Counted from the first letter of the stretch, positions 1-9,280 are shown. The stretch: DNA of 24,000 bases from Melioribacteraceae bacterium (GCA_027030245.1 JALVFE010000022.1:15148-39147), one strand, 5' to 3'. Program-made: numbers and translations. Notes: generated by a model from the letters alone, not told the origin.

Positions 1-391
1 TTTCCTTTTTTCCCAAGGCAACGGACTTCGGTACCGAAATTATTCCGCCTATCAGAGCTTCTTTTTCATAAACCACAAGGGGAACATCGGAAAAGTCGAA
101 CTTAATTTCTTTCGCTTGGGGAAAAGTTAAACCGGTAATTTTCAAACCCGAAGAGGAATCCAATTCCATTGTTGTGGGAATTAAAAAATCTTCTTTCGGT
201 TTGTTGGAATTTATATGCCAGCCGTCTTCTATGTTCGCTTTAACCGCAAGTTTTAATTGTCCGCCCGGCTGAACTTTATCGAAAGATTGATAGATTTCGA
301 GCTTTACTATATTGTTCTCAGGTCCGAAAAGTTGAGCGTTTATTGAAAACGTAAAAGCCAGGAAAAATAACAATCCCATTATTCTTTTCAT
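1..391 (-). CDS. Secreted protein with DsbD N-terminal-like (DsbD-alpha/DsbC-type) domain; C-terminus lies outside the window
   Basis: Absent from the supplied ORF track because it runs off the left edge. My reverse-complement translation from the ATG at 391 is open for all 130 codons. It reads MKRIMGLLFFLAFTFSINAQ (signal-peptide-like), then ...QLKLAVKANIEDGWHINSNKPKEDFLIPTTMEL... The GWHI block is what I recognise from DsbD-alpha-type domains. Confidence 0.5.
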   Translation of the reverse strand, partial: MKRIMGLLFFLAFTFSINAQLFGPENNIVKLEIYQSFDKVQPGGQLKLAVKANIEDGWHINSNKPKEDFLIPTTMELDSSSGLKITGLTFPQAKEIKFDFSDVPLVVYEKEALIGGIISVPKSVALGKKE

Positions 392-466
392 ATTAGTATC
401 CTTAGTATTAATTTGCATTGAAAACAATAATATAGATATTATTTAGTTCAAAACTTAGGCGAAAAA

Positions 467-2107
467 TTATCTCCTCCATCCTTGAACTATCGGGAATCTT
501 CTGCCGTATCCGAAAGCTTTTTTCGAAACTCTCAATACCGGCGCGGCTTGTTTTCTCTTAAATTCATTCAAGTCAACCATCCTTAAAACTTTATAAACCA
601 AACCGGCGTCACCCATTATTTCGGAGATTTCTTTTATTTCTTTTGATTCTTCCAGATATAGTTTCAATATTTTATCCAGAACTTCGTAAGGCGGAAGCGA
701 ATCCTGGTCTTTCTGATCGGGACGCAACTCAGCAGACGGCGCTTTTTCTATTATCTCCCGTGGGATAATTTCTCCGTCTCTATTAATAAATTCGGCTAAC
801 TTATAAACTTGCGTTTTGTACACATCGCCTATAACCGCCAATGCTCCGCACATATCACCGTAAAGCGTTGCATAGCCGACAGCCATTTCGGATTTGTTTC
901 CGGTTGTACAAAGAAGGTAACCGAACTTATTCGAAAGACTCATCAAATACATTCCGCGAATTCTCGCTTGCATATTTTCTTCCGTTACATCGGACGGAAG
1001 CCCTCCGAAAAGAGGCGAGAGCATTTCCAATGCTTTATCGAAAACCGGTTGGATGCTAACGTTGTTCCAACTTATACCGAGATTTTCTATTAACTTTTTA
1101 GAATCCGTTATACTTCCTTCGCTCGAATATTTTGAGGGCATAAGCAAAACATGAACATTTTGCGGACCAAAAGCTTGAACCGCCAGATAAGTAACCAAAG
1201 CGGAATCTATACCACCGCTCAATCCGACAAGAGCCTTCTTAAATCCGGTTTTCTTCGCATAATCTTTCAAACCTAAAACTAATGCCGAATGAACTTCTTC
1301 CTCGAAAGATTTTTCGAATTCAGTTAAGGGTTCGTAATTTTTTTCCGTGTCGAAAATGAAAAAATCTTCTTCGTAAGTTTTGCCGAGCAGTTGCAATTCC
1401 CCTTTTGCGTTAAAACACAAACTGCCTCCGTCAAAAATCAAATCGGTTTGAGCACCGACACAGCTCACGTAAGCCAAAGGCAAATTACTGTCTTTCGTTA
1501 AGGTAGAAAGCATTCCATATCTTACGGTTCTGCGCCCGTAATTATACGGACTGGCGGATATATTGATTAACAACGTAGCTCCTTTGTCAACCAGATTTTG
1601 AACCGGGTCTTTTTCGTAAAGTCTGTCTTTCCAATAATCGGCATCGTTCCAAATGTCTTCGCAAATGGAAATCCCGAGCGATTCGCCTTTGAATTTATGG
1701 ATATCCACACTTTTCGCCGATTCAAAATACCTGACTTCGTCAAAGACATCGTAGTTGGGAATTAATGTTTTCTGCTGAACGAATTTTATTTCGCCGTCGT
1801 AGCACAACATTGCCGAGTTGTAAATTCCGGTTCCGATGTTGTCTTCATAATCTTCGGTAATGGTACCGAATAATATTCCCACCTCGCCGGTTTGTTGGGC
1901 AATTTCCAAGGAAGCATCAATTATGGCTTCACGGAATTCGTTTTTTTCTACCAAATCGAGAGGCGGATAGCCGCAAATTGAGAGTTCGGGAAAAACGGCA
2001 AGATCGGCACCGGCGGCGATACTTTTTTTGTAATAATCGAGTATTTTCTTTTTGTTACCTTCAATATCCCCGATTATTGTATTTATTTGACAAACAGCAA
2101 TTTTCAT
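467..2107 (-). CDS. nadE: Glutamine-dependent NAD+ synthetase (N-terminal CN-hydrolase domain plus C-terminal NAD synthase domain)
   Basis: ORF 467..2149. The N-terminal nitrilase-like part has FPELSICGYPP and ISICEDIW (catalytic Cys). The C-terminal part has the PP-loop GLSGGIDSALV. I prefer the start at MKIAVCQINT (ATG at 2107), which is typical for the family, but the ATG at 2149 is also possible. Confidence 0.9.
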   Translation of the reverse strand: MKIAVCQINTIIGDIEGNKKKILDYYKKSIAAGADLAVFPELSICGYPPLDLVEKNEFREAIIDASLEIAQQTGEVGILFGTITEDYEDNIGTGIYNSAMLCYDGEIKFVQQKTLIPNYDVFDEVRYFESAKSVDIHKFKGESLGISICEDIWNDADYWKDRLYEKDPVQNLVDKGATLLINISASPYNYGRRTVRYGMLSTLTKDSNLPLAYVSCVGAQTDLIFDGGSLCFNAKGELQLLGKTYEEDFFIFDTEKNYEPLTEFEKSFEEEVHSALVLGLKDYAKKTGFKKALVGLSGGIDSALVTYLAVQAFGPQNVHVLLMPSKYSSEGSITDSKKLIENLGISWNNVSIQPVFDKALEMLSPLFGGLPSDVTEENMQARIRGMYLMSLSNKFGYLLCTTGNKSEMAVGYATLYGDMCGALAVIGDVYKTQVYKLAEFINRDGEIIPREIIEKAPSAELRPDQKDQDSLPPYEVLDKILKLYLEESKEIKEISEIMGDAGLVYKVLRMVDLNEFKRKQAAPVLRVSKKAFGYGRRFPIVQGWRR

Positions 2108-2254
2108 AAATTTTCTTTTTAAAAAAATATAAATCAGATTAGAAAACATAGTAAAAATTATATTATCCTGAAAAACATTTTATCGCCTCCGGAAGTTATT
2201 CGCTTGCACCATAGCAGGGAATTTTTTACTATTAATTCTAAAACGGGGCAGAAA

Positions 2255-3067
2255 ATGAAAAAATATTTTTTTGTGTTTTGCCTAATCTTTGTTATTTCAA
2301 CTTCATCCGGTATAAACGGACAAGAAACATTATTAGTAATAAAGAAAGAATATCTTCCCTACCCGGATACCACCTTGATTTTTCAACCCGAAGGAATAAA
2401 CGAACCGGAAAATCTTCCACTTGTTATTTTACTGCACGGCTGGAGCGGAAATTACAAACAGTGGAGCGAGATTGCCGATTTACAATATCTTTCGAGCAAA
2501 TACGGATTTGTTATAGCAACTCCGGAAGGATTCTATGATTCGTGGTATGTGGATAATACGGCAAGGGAAAATTACCGTCTCGAAACTTTTATCGTTAACG
2601 ATTTAATTCCTTTGTTAATCGAGAAATACAAAATTGATAAATCAAAAATTTTTATCTCCGGTTTAAGTATGGGCGGTCACGGTGCGATAACTTTATTCCT
2701 TAAACATCCTGATTTATTTTTAAGCGCCGGCAGTACAAGCGGTATTTTGGATATTACCGCATTTCCGGGAAAATGGGGATTGGCTTCCGCACTTGGAAGT
2801 TATGTGAACCACAAAGAACTTTGGGAAAACAATTCCGCATTTTTTCTTCTCGATAATTTTAGAGAAAAGAACAAACAATTAATTGTTGATTGCGGAACGG
2901 AAGACTTTGCCTTTCCGGTTAACCACAAATTTTTTCATAAATGTAAAAAGTCAGGAATAAAGATTACATTTATCGCGCGACCGGGAAAACACGAAAGAAC
3001 GTATTGGGCTAAATCGTTAATATACCATCTTAACTTTTTTAAAAATATTTTAACCGGGAACAATTAA
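2255..3067 (+). CDS. Secreted alpha/beta-hydrolase, putative esterase (esterase D / CE1-like)
   Basis: ORF 2204..3067 opens with TTG. The ATG at 2255 gives MKKYFFVFCLIFVISTSSG, a signal peptide. Nucleophile elbow GLSMGGHGA is present, as are the LLHGWSGNY and FYDSWYVD blocks typical of the putative-esterase family. Confidence 0.8.
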   Translation: MKKYFFVFCLIFVISTSSGINGQETLLVIKKEYLPYPDTTLIFQPEGINEPENLPLVILLHGWSGNYKQWSEIADLQYLSSKYGFVIATPEGFYDSWYVDNTARENYRLETFIVNDLIPLLIEKYKIDKSKIFISGLSMGGHGAITLFLKHPDLFLSAGSTSGILDITAFPGKWGLASALGSYVNHKELWENNSAFFLLDNFREKNKQLIVDCGTEDFAFPVNHKFFHKCKKSGIKITFIARPGKHERTYWAKSLIYHLNFFKNILTGNN

Positions 3068-3162
3068 TTCCGGATTTTATTAAAAAGTTTATGAAACCTT
3101 TTTTATTTTCCGCCGTCTAAAAAAATGAAAACAGCAACTCAATTTTATACGAGGGGAAGATC

Positions 3163-3600
3163 ATGCAAGAGAAATTATACAGAGCGAGAATCAACAAAGT
3201 GTTTGGCGGAGTTTGCGCCGGGCTCGGGAAGTATCTTGATATCGATCCGATTATAGTGAGAATTCTATTTATCGTTATGTTTATTTTTCACGGAATAGGT
3301 TTGCTGATTTATATCATCATGTGGATAATAGTTCCCGAAGAGCCTGTTGAAAATCTTTACGCTTCGGCATCTACCGGAGACGACGATCTTTTTGTGGAAA
3401 ACCCCGAAGCCCCGCCAAGCGAAAAAGTAAAGTCATCGAAAGATAACGGGAAACTTGTTTTCGGAATAATATTAATTGTTCTCGGCATTATCTTTCTTGC
3501 CGAAAAGTTCTTCCCCTTTTTCGATTTCGAATTATTTGTTCCTATTCTCTTCATAGTATTGGGAATTGCAATATTACTTAATTCAAAAAAACAAAAGTGA
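3163..3600 (+). CDS. PspC domain-containing membrane protein
   Basis: N-terminal LYRARINKVFGGVCAGLGKYLDIDPIIVRILFIV...LLIYIIMWIIVPEE is the canonical PspC domain. A second TM segment lies at the C-terminus. GAGGGGA lies just upstream of the ATG. Confidence 0.85.
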   Translation: MQEKLYRARINKVFGGVCAGLGKYLDIDPIIVRILFIVMFIFHGIGLLIYIIMWIIVPEEPVENLYASASTGDDDLFVENPEAPPSEKVKSSKDNGKLVFGIILIVLGIIFLAEKFFPFFDFELFVPILFIVLGIAILLNSKKQK

Positions 3601-3605
3601 CTAAA

Positions 3606-4508
3606 ATGAAAAGCAAACAATTATTTTGGGGATTTTTCTTTTTAACGTTGGGATTTTTATACTTGATTTTAAAATTCGGAGTTGAGTTCGACTTCGATTT
3701 TATCAGTTGGGATTTATGGCCTCTTCTTTTGATACTTGCCGGTATTGCCATCATTGCGGAAGGAACATTTTTCCGACCGATATTAAGCGGAGTTTTCGGA
3801 ATTATTGTAGCGTTAATTGTTTACGGATTTCTTGGCAATATCTTCTTTGAAGAAGATGATACCGTCAATTCGTTCCAAACCCATAATTACAGAAAAACGT
3901 TTACCGTTGCTTACGATTCTTCAATTACCGTTGCAAATCTGTCGCTGAAAGCTGGCGCCGGCAAGTTTTTCATCAAAGACGATGCGGATGAATTAATGTA
4001 TGCCAAAGCTTACGGCGACCTTCCGAAATACACAATGTCCGATTCGAGAAAAGACAGTATAATATGGATCGACATTAAGACGGAAAAGCATAAGTTCAAA
4101 TTTTTTGAGAATAAACCGACTAAATTCAACTTAAAGTTAAACGCAAATCCCGTTTGGAATTTGGATTTTGAATTAGGTGCCGCCAAATCGGAAATAGATC
4201 TTTCAAAACTAAAAGTGAAAAATTTTGTTTTGAAAACCGGAGCGACAAAAACTGAAATTAAACTCGGTGATAAACTCCCAAAAACATATCTCAACATAGA
4301 TATGGGCGTTGCATCGCTCAAAATTAAAATTCCGGAAAGCTCAGGTTGCAAAATCATCGGCGAAATGGGATTGGTCAGCAAAGATTTGGAAGGTTTCGAA
4401 AAATTTAGTGACGGACTTTATAAAACCGCTAACTATGACACGGCAAAAAATAAAATAATAATCGATTTTAACGGCGGCGTGGCAAAATTCGAAGTTGAAA
4501 GATACTGA
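3606..4508 (+). CDS. LiaF-like / toastrack-type membrane protein (N-terminal multi-TM region, C-terminal beta-rich repeat domain)
   Basis: ORF 3597..4508. The GTG at 3597 overlaps the pspC-like stop, and the ATG at 3606 gives MKSKQLFWGFFFLTLGF. There are about 4 TM helices. The beta-strand-rich C-terminus has reiterated G-x-x-K-x-E-I-x-L units (GAAKSEIDL, GATKTEIKL, GVASLKIKI, GVAKFEV), as in LiaF/DUF2154/DUF4097 domains. Confidence 0.6.
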   Translation: MKSKQLFWGFFFLTLGFLYLILKFGVEFDFDFISWDLWPLLLILAGIAIIAEGTFFRPILSGVFGIIVALIVYGFLGNIFFEEDDTVNSFQTHNYRKTFTVAYDSSITVANLSLKAGAGKFFIKDDADELMYAKAYGDLPKYTMSDSRKDSIIWIDIKTEKHKFKFFENKPTKFNLKLNANPVWNLDFELGAAKSEIDLSKLKVKNFVLKTGATKTEIKLGDKLPKTYLNIDMGVASLKIKIPESSGCKIIGEMGLVSKDLEGFEKFSDGLYKTANYDTAKNKIIIDFNGGVAKFEVERY

Positions 4509-4559
4509 TTAATTTACCTAAGTTTTGATTTCTAAAATTTTATCGATTAATATTTGTAT

Positions 4560-5664
4560 TTATGAAGTGCGCCCGAATTTCAATAGATATGCTTTAATGA
4601 ACATATCGATTTCCCCGTCCATTACGGCTTGAACATTCGAAGTTTCCACATTGGTTCTATGATCTTTAACCATATTGTAAGGATGAAAAACATACGATCT
4701 GATTTGACTTCCCCACTCAATTTTCATTTTACTTTTTTCGACTTCTTCTTTTTCCGCTTCTTGTTTTTCCAATTCCAACTGATATAATTTTGCTTTCAAC
4801 ATTTTCATCGCATTATTTTTGTTCTGCAATTGCGATCTTTCGGTCTGGCAAGAAACAACAGTGTTCGTAGGCAAATGAGTAATACGCACGGCGGTTTCAA
4901 CTTTGTTTACGTTTTGTCCGCCTTTGCCACCCGAACGGAAAGTATCGATTTTAAGATCGGCGGGATTTATGTCTATCTCGATTGTGTCGTCAACTTCGGG
5001 AATAACAAACACCGATGCAAACGATGTATGCCGGCGCTTATTCGAATCGAACGGCGAAATTCTAACCAATCTGTGAACGCCGGTTTCCGCTTTAGCGTAA
5101 CCGTAAGCAAACTCGCCGATTATTTCGATTGTAACGCTTTTAATTCCCGCCCCGTCGCCTTCGAGCATATCCAAAATATGCGTTTTAAATCCGCTTTTTT
5201 CTGCCCAACGCAGATACATTCTCATCAACATTTCCGCCCAGTCTTGCGCTTCGGTTCCGCCGGCTCCGGAATGAATGGTTAACAAACAATTTTTATTATC
5301 GTCCCTACCGCTGAGCATACTTTTAAATTCCACATCTTCTACTTTGCTTTTCAGTTCGGAATATTCTTTCTCAATTTCTTCTTGAAAAGATTCGTCTTCT
5401 TCGGCTTGGGCAAGCTCAATGAAATCGCGCAAATTTGTGTAACGGGAATTTAAATCTTCCCATAAATTCACCCAATTCTCAAGCGATTTGATTTCTTGTA
5501 ATGTTGATTGGGCTTTTTGCTGGTCGTTCCAAAAATCGGGGGCTTCGCTTATTTTTTTCAGTTCGTCAATTCTTTGTTTTTTCGAATCTACTTCAAAGAT
5601 AACCTCGAAGTTTATCAATTTTAACTTTTAACGGTTCCAAATTTTTCAATTGTTCTTCGTACAT
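4560..5664 (-). CDS. prfB: Peptide chain release factor 2, expressed through a programmed +1 frameshift
   Basis: The main ORF 4560..5618 carries the SPF motif (RISPFDS) and the GGQ motif ([16 protein letters not shown]). A short upstream frame runs from the ATG at 5664, encodes [23 protein letters not shown] and ends at an in-frame TGA (5595..5593). Skipping T5595 joins it to ...[14 protein letters not shown] of the main frame. Confidence 0.93.
5593..5606 (-). promoter_or_regulatory. prfB autoregulatory +1 frameshift site (SD-like GAGG, 3-nt spacer, CTT TGA slippery/stop)
   Basis: The minus strand reads CGA GGT TAT CTT TGA A. The E. coli site reads AGG GGG TAT CTT TGA C. The CTT-TGA core and the TAT spacer are identical, and the internal SD-like element is GAGG (5606..5603). 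Confidence 0.85.
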
Positions 5665-5703
5665 AAATTTTAATTCTCCGGTTAAACTCAGCTAAATTAA
5701 CGG

Positions 5704-6021
5704 TTAATCTTCTATATCCAATTCCATGCGGAGCAAAGCCGCGGCGAGTGTTTTGCCTTGTGCGTCCAACATCAATGATACGGTGCCGCCTCCGTCCAAA
5801 GTATTATGTAAAATAAAATTAAGAGCTCTTAAATTCGGCAGTTCGAATCTTTCCACTTTTCCCTTGCAAATTCCTTCAAAATGTTTTTTAACTCTTTCCG
5901 CCGTGAGATGTTTTTTAATTATCTCATAACCTTTATCGTCGTAAGCAATTATTCCTACGTTTGCCGCATCGCCTTTGTCGCCGCTGCGTCCGTGTGCGAT
6001 ATCCCTTAGTTTTATTTTCAT
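5704..6021 (-). CDS. Small companion protein of the AtuA-like enzyme (DUF4387-like)
   Basis: ORF 5704..6045. The ATG at 6021 gives MKIKLRDIAHGRSGDKGDAANVGIIAYD. It starts 1 nt after the stop of the upstream DUF1446 gene. The RSGDKGD block and the roughly 100-aa size match the small partner that normally follows DUF1446 proteins. Confidence 0.7.
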   Translation of the reverse strand: MKIKLRDIAHGRSGDKGDAANVGIIAYDDKGYEIIKKHLTAERVKKHFEGICKGKVERFELPNLRALNFILHNTLDGGGTVSLMLDAQGKTLAAALLRMELDIED

Positions 6022-6022
6022 T

Positions 6023-7390
6023 TTACAGCTCCAAAATTTTAACAACCGGTTTAACTAACTCTTTCGGAATTAAAGCAGGCCAATAAGCAACAATTTCACG
6101 CGGTTTGGGTCTTCCGCCGGCAAAACCCGTAACGCTTGGCGGTCCAGTTAAAATCAACGGAGCAATTTCCTTTCCAAACCTTTCCACCGAATCGTAATCG
6201 TGAGAGCGGACGGAAACCCTAAGCGTAATTTCGTTTATATCGTCTTCCGGTAATTCTTTTGCCAACGGACCGTGGCAAGCGTTGTAACCTACAAACTCAG
6301 TTCTGATGTCGTCAAATTTTAAATTCAAATCTTCCAACCTTTGCCGTAAAATTCTATCGGCGGCTTTGGCTTTTGTTAAAGCTTGCGGCCAAGAATACGT
6401 AAGCGAGCCAGAAGCCATATATCCGTCGGAATAAGAACAGGACACCTTATAAAATTCCGTTTCGGGTTTGCCTTTCACACCGGACATTTTCACTCTGTTG
6501 TTTCCCAAATCTTCCAACTGAATCGAAGTAAAATCGGCAACGCAATCGGGAGTAATGTATTCTTTGGGATCACCGATTTCGTAAAGCAGTTGCTCGGAAA
6601 CTGTATGCAAATCAACTCTGCCGCCGAGTTTTTCATGCTTGGTTATGATAATTTCACCGTTAGGAAAAGCTTCGGCAATAGGAAAACCTATATTCGCCAA
6701 ATCTTCGATACTTTCCCAATCGCCCAAAAAATTACCGCCGCTTGCCTGACCACCGCATTCCAGAATATGTCCGGCAACAGTTCCGGCAGCCAATAAATCG
6801 TAATCGTCGCTCTTCCATCCGAATTCGTAAATCATCGGCGCAAGGGTTAAACCCGTATCGGTTGTTCTTCCCGTGATAACAATATCGGCGCCTTTTTGCA
6901 AAGCTTCCACTATCGGAAATGCGCCCAAGTAAGCGTTGGCGCTGAGCATCTTATCTTTATACGGCGTAAGCGGTTCGCCCGTTTCCATATTGTTTAATTC
7001 TATTCCGGAATCCAGGATTTCATCCAAACGGTCTTTGATGTCGTCGCCGGTAATAACGGCTACTTTTAATCCGGTAATCCCGATTTTTTTAGCCACATCC
7101 AAAACGGCATTTGCGCAAGATTCGGGATTTACTCCACCGCCATTGGTAATTATTTTGATATTTTTCTCTTTACAAATCGGCAATATCCTTTCCATTAATC
7201 CCGGAATATCGCGCGCGTATCCGAACGAAGGATTTTTGTTTTTCTGCTTTTGCAAAATCGACATCGTAACTTCGGCGAGATAATCCATAACCAAATAATC
7301 AATATCTCCTGCCGTAACTTGCTTGTATGGCGCTTCAATTAAATCGCCCCAAAAACCTTGCCCGGAAGCTATCCTTATTTTTTCTTTCAT
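6023..7390 (-). CDS. AtuA-like (acyclic terpene utilisation family, DUF1446) protein of unknown biochemical function
   Basis: 455 aa. The N-terminus IRIASGQGFWGDLIEAPYKQV...DYLVMDYLAEVTMSIL is the characteristic DUF1446 opening. It is tightly coupled to the small downstream partner. Confidence 0.8.
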   Translation of the reverse strand: MKEKIRIASGQGFWGDLIEAPYKQVTAGDIDYLVMDYLAEVTMSILQKQKNKNPSFGYARDIPGLMERILPICKEKNIKIITNGGGVNPESCANAVLDVAKKIGITGLKVAVITGDDIKDRLDEILDSGIELNNMETGEPLTPYKDKMLSANAYLGAFPIVEALQKGADIVITGRTTDTGLTLAPMIYEFGWKSDDYDLLAAGTVAGHILECGGQASGGNFLGDWESIEDLANIGFPIAEAFPNGEIIITKHEKLGGRVDLHTVSEQLLYEIGDPKEYITPDCVADFTSIQLEDLGNNRVKMSGVKGKPETEFYKVSCSYSDGYMASGSLTYSWPQALTKAKAADRILRQRLEDLNLKFDDIRTEFVGYNACHGPLAKELPEDDINEITLRVSVRSHDYDSVERFGKEIAPLILTGPPSVTGFAGGRPKPREIVAYWPALIPKELVKPVVKILEL

Positions 7391-7458
7391 GTTAAACCGT
7401 AATCATATTCTGTTTATGGAAAGTCAAATATATTCAAACAAAACCATTTGAACAAATT

Positions 7459-8379
7459 TCATTTAACGGTGTCAATTATTTCGTTTGCAATTTCATCGAA
7501 CCGGTTTTTATTTGAAACGGAAAACCACTTGATTCTATTATCTCTCCCGAACCATGTAAGTTGGCGTTTGGCATAACGGCGGGTGTTTCTTTTTATTAAC
7601 CGGATTGCTTCTTCCAAATCGATTTCATTTTTCAAATATGAGATTATTTCTTTATAACCAACGGTGTTCAGCGAGTTCAAACCCGGATCGTATCCCATTG
7701 AAAGAATGTTTTTCACTTCGTCTATCAATCCGGCTTCAATCATTTCATCCACTCTTTTCTCTATATTTTCGTATAAAATTTCTCTCGGCCATTTTAATCC
7801 GAATTGGAAAAATTTTATATCCGTTTCACGTTTAAATTCTTTTTGAAATTCGACAATTGATCTGCCGGTTAATTTATAAACTTCCAAAGCACGGATTACC
7901 CTTTTCCAATTTTGCGGCAAAAGGTTTTGTGCGCTTAACGGATCAACTTGTTTTAATTTCTCATAGAGAAATTCGTTTCCGTATTTTGCCTTTGCCTCTA
8001 ACAGTTCTTTGCGGTATTCTTCGTCGGTATCAACAACATCAAAAATGCCGTCGACCAAAGATTTTACGTAAAGTCCCGAACCGCCGGCAACAACCGGTAT
8101 TTTATTTTGTGCGAAAAGTTTTTCGATGATCCGCAGCGCTTCTTTTTCGAATCTGCTTACGTTATAATCTTCGGAAGGAAGAAGAATATCGATAAAATAA
8201 TGTTTTACAAGGTTCAATTCTTCTTTTGAAGGTTTTGCCGTTCCGATATTCAAGAATTTGTAAATTTGCCGGCTGTCGGCGGAAATTATTTCAGAATTTA
8301 ATGCAAGCGCCAATTTAATTGCAAGCGTGGTTTTACCCGAGCAAGTAGGACCAACAATTACGATTACTTTTCTTTCCAA
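7459..8379 (-). CDS. miaA: tRNA dimethylallyltransferase
   Basis: P-loop VIVGPTCSGKTTLAIKLA, then ISADSRQIYKFLNIGTAKP, GGSGLYVKSL and RRYAKRQLTWF. The start codon is TTG, with no upstream in-frame ATG before a stop. It overlaps the 3' end of pcm by 16 nt. Confidence 0.9.
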   Translation of the reverse strand: MERKVIVIVGPTCSGKTTLAIKLALALNSEIISADSRQIYKFLNIGTAKPSKEELNLVKHYFIDILLPSEDYNVSRFEKEALRIIEKLFAQNKIPVVAGGSGLYVKSLVDGIFDVVDTDEEYRKELLEAKAKYGNEFLYEKLKQVDPLSAQNLLPQNWKRVIRALEVYKLTGRSIVEFQKEFKRETDIKFFQFGLKWPREILYENIEKRVDEMIEAGLIDEVKNILSMGYDPGLNSLNTVGYKEIISYLKNEIDLEEAIRLIKRNTRRYAKRQLTWFGRDNRIKWFSVSNKNRFDEIANEIIDTVK

Positions 8380-9014
8380 CCTTCCCTGCCGATAAGTGGA
8401 ACAAATGCAAACTGCGGAATTTTTTCTACGTCGAATTTATCTTCGTCTAATTTTGTAAGAATTGTTAATGTTTGGGATACGCGATCACCTACCGGAATAA
8501 CCAATCTGCCACCAACCGCTAATTGTTTTTTAAGCTTTTCGGGTATTGTAGGGCTTCCGGCAGTTACGATAATTCCGTCGTACGGAGCATATTGTTCCCA
8601 ACCGATTGTTCCGTCGCCGAGTTTCATCAAAATTCTCAATCCCAGTATATCGAACAGTTTTTGAGTCCGCAAATAAATATCCGGTTGTCGTTCAATCGTA
8701 TAAACTTTCATTCCCATTTCCAATAATATTGCCGCTTGATAACCGGAACCGGTACCGATTTCCAAAACTTTTTGCCCTGGTTTAAGTTTAAGCGCTTCTG
8801 TCATTACGGCGACCGTATAAGGCTGGGAAATTGTTTGCCCGTAACCGATAGGCAAAGCAATATCTTCGTAGGCGTGTGGTCTTACCGCTTCGGGCACAAA
8901 AAGATGGCGTTCCACTTTTTCCATTGCGGAAAGTACGTTTTCGTCTTTTATTCCTTTTCGTCTTAAGTTTTCAACTAATTCTTTTCTTTCAATTTCGTAC
9001 ACTAAATCATCCAT
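8364..9014 (-). CDS. pcm: Protein-L-isoaspartate O-methyltransferase
   Basis: QTISQPYTVAVMTE plus the SAM-binding block VLEIGTGSGYQAAIL. The tracked ORF starts at TTG 9029. I prefer the ATG at 9014 (MDDLVYEI). Confidence 0.9.
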   Translation of the reverse strand: MDDLVYEIERKELVENLRRKGIKDENVLSAMEKVERHLFVPEAVRPHAYEDIALPIGYGQTISQPYTVAVMTEALKLKPGQKVLEIGTGSGYQAAILLEMGMKVYTIERQPDIYLRTQKLFDILGLRILMKLGDGTIGWEQYAPYDGIIVTAGSPTIPEKLKKQLAVGGRLVIPVGDRVSQTLTILTKLDEDKFDVEKIPQFAFVPLIGREGWKEK

Positions 9015-9082
9015 TTTTGTGAGATACAAAAATAAAATTTATTTTATTAATTTTTGGTTTTTAATCCTCACTCTTTTTTACA

Positions 9083-9280
9083 ATGGAATCGGTTTTCGGT
9101 GCCATATTAATCCTTGCTTTAAGAGTAATCGACGTAATACTCGGAACGTTCCGCACGATTTTATTGGTTCAAGGTAAAAAGTATCATGCCGGCGCTATCG
9201 GTTTTTTCGAAGTGATGATTTGGCTGTTTGCAATGCGTTTTGTTTTTCAACATCTTGATAATTATATCCATAATTTCTGA
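9083..9280 (+). pseudogene. 3'-truncated UPF0316 / DUF5698-DUF2179 family membrane protein (only about the first 60 of about 180 aa)
   Basis: MESVFGAILILALRVIDVILGTFRTILLVQGKKYHAGAIGFFEVMIWLFAMRFVFQHLDN resembles, from memory, the first two TM helices of B. subtilis YebE-type proteins (recalled features: the TIRTILLV block and IVFQDLSN). The family-typical third TM helix and the cytoplasmic DUF2179 domain are missing. The frame ends in NYIHNF-stop at the start of the AT-rich island flank. Confidence 0.5.

Noticed and set aside
809-1093. Antisense or shadow ORFs of 60-150 aa inside annotated genes (for example 809-1093, 4830-5282, 6383-6796, 6936-7283, 7857-8129, 18453-18776 and 19438-19797).
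   Set aside because: Each lies entirely within a longer ORF on the opposite strand that has clear family motifs. Their translations are low-complexity or Arg/Ser/Phe-rich with no recognisable motifs, which is typical of shadow frames.
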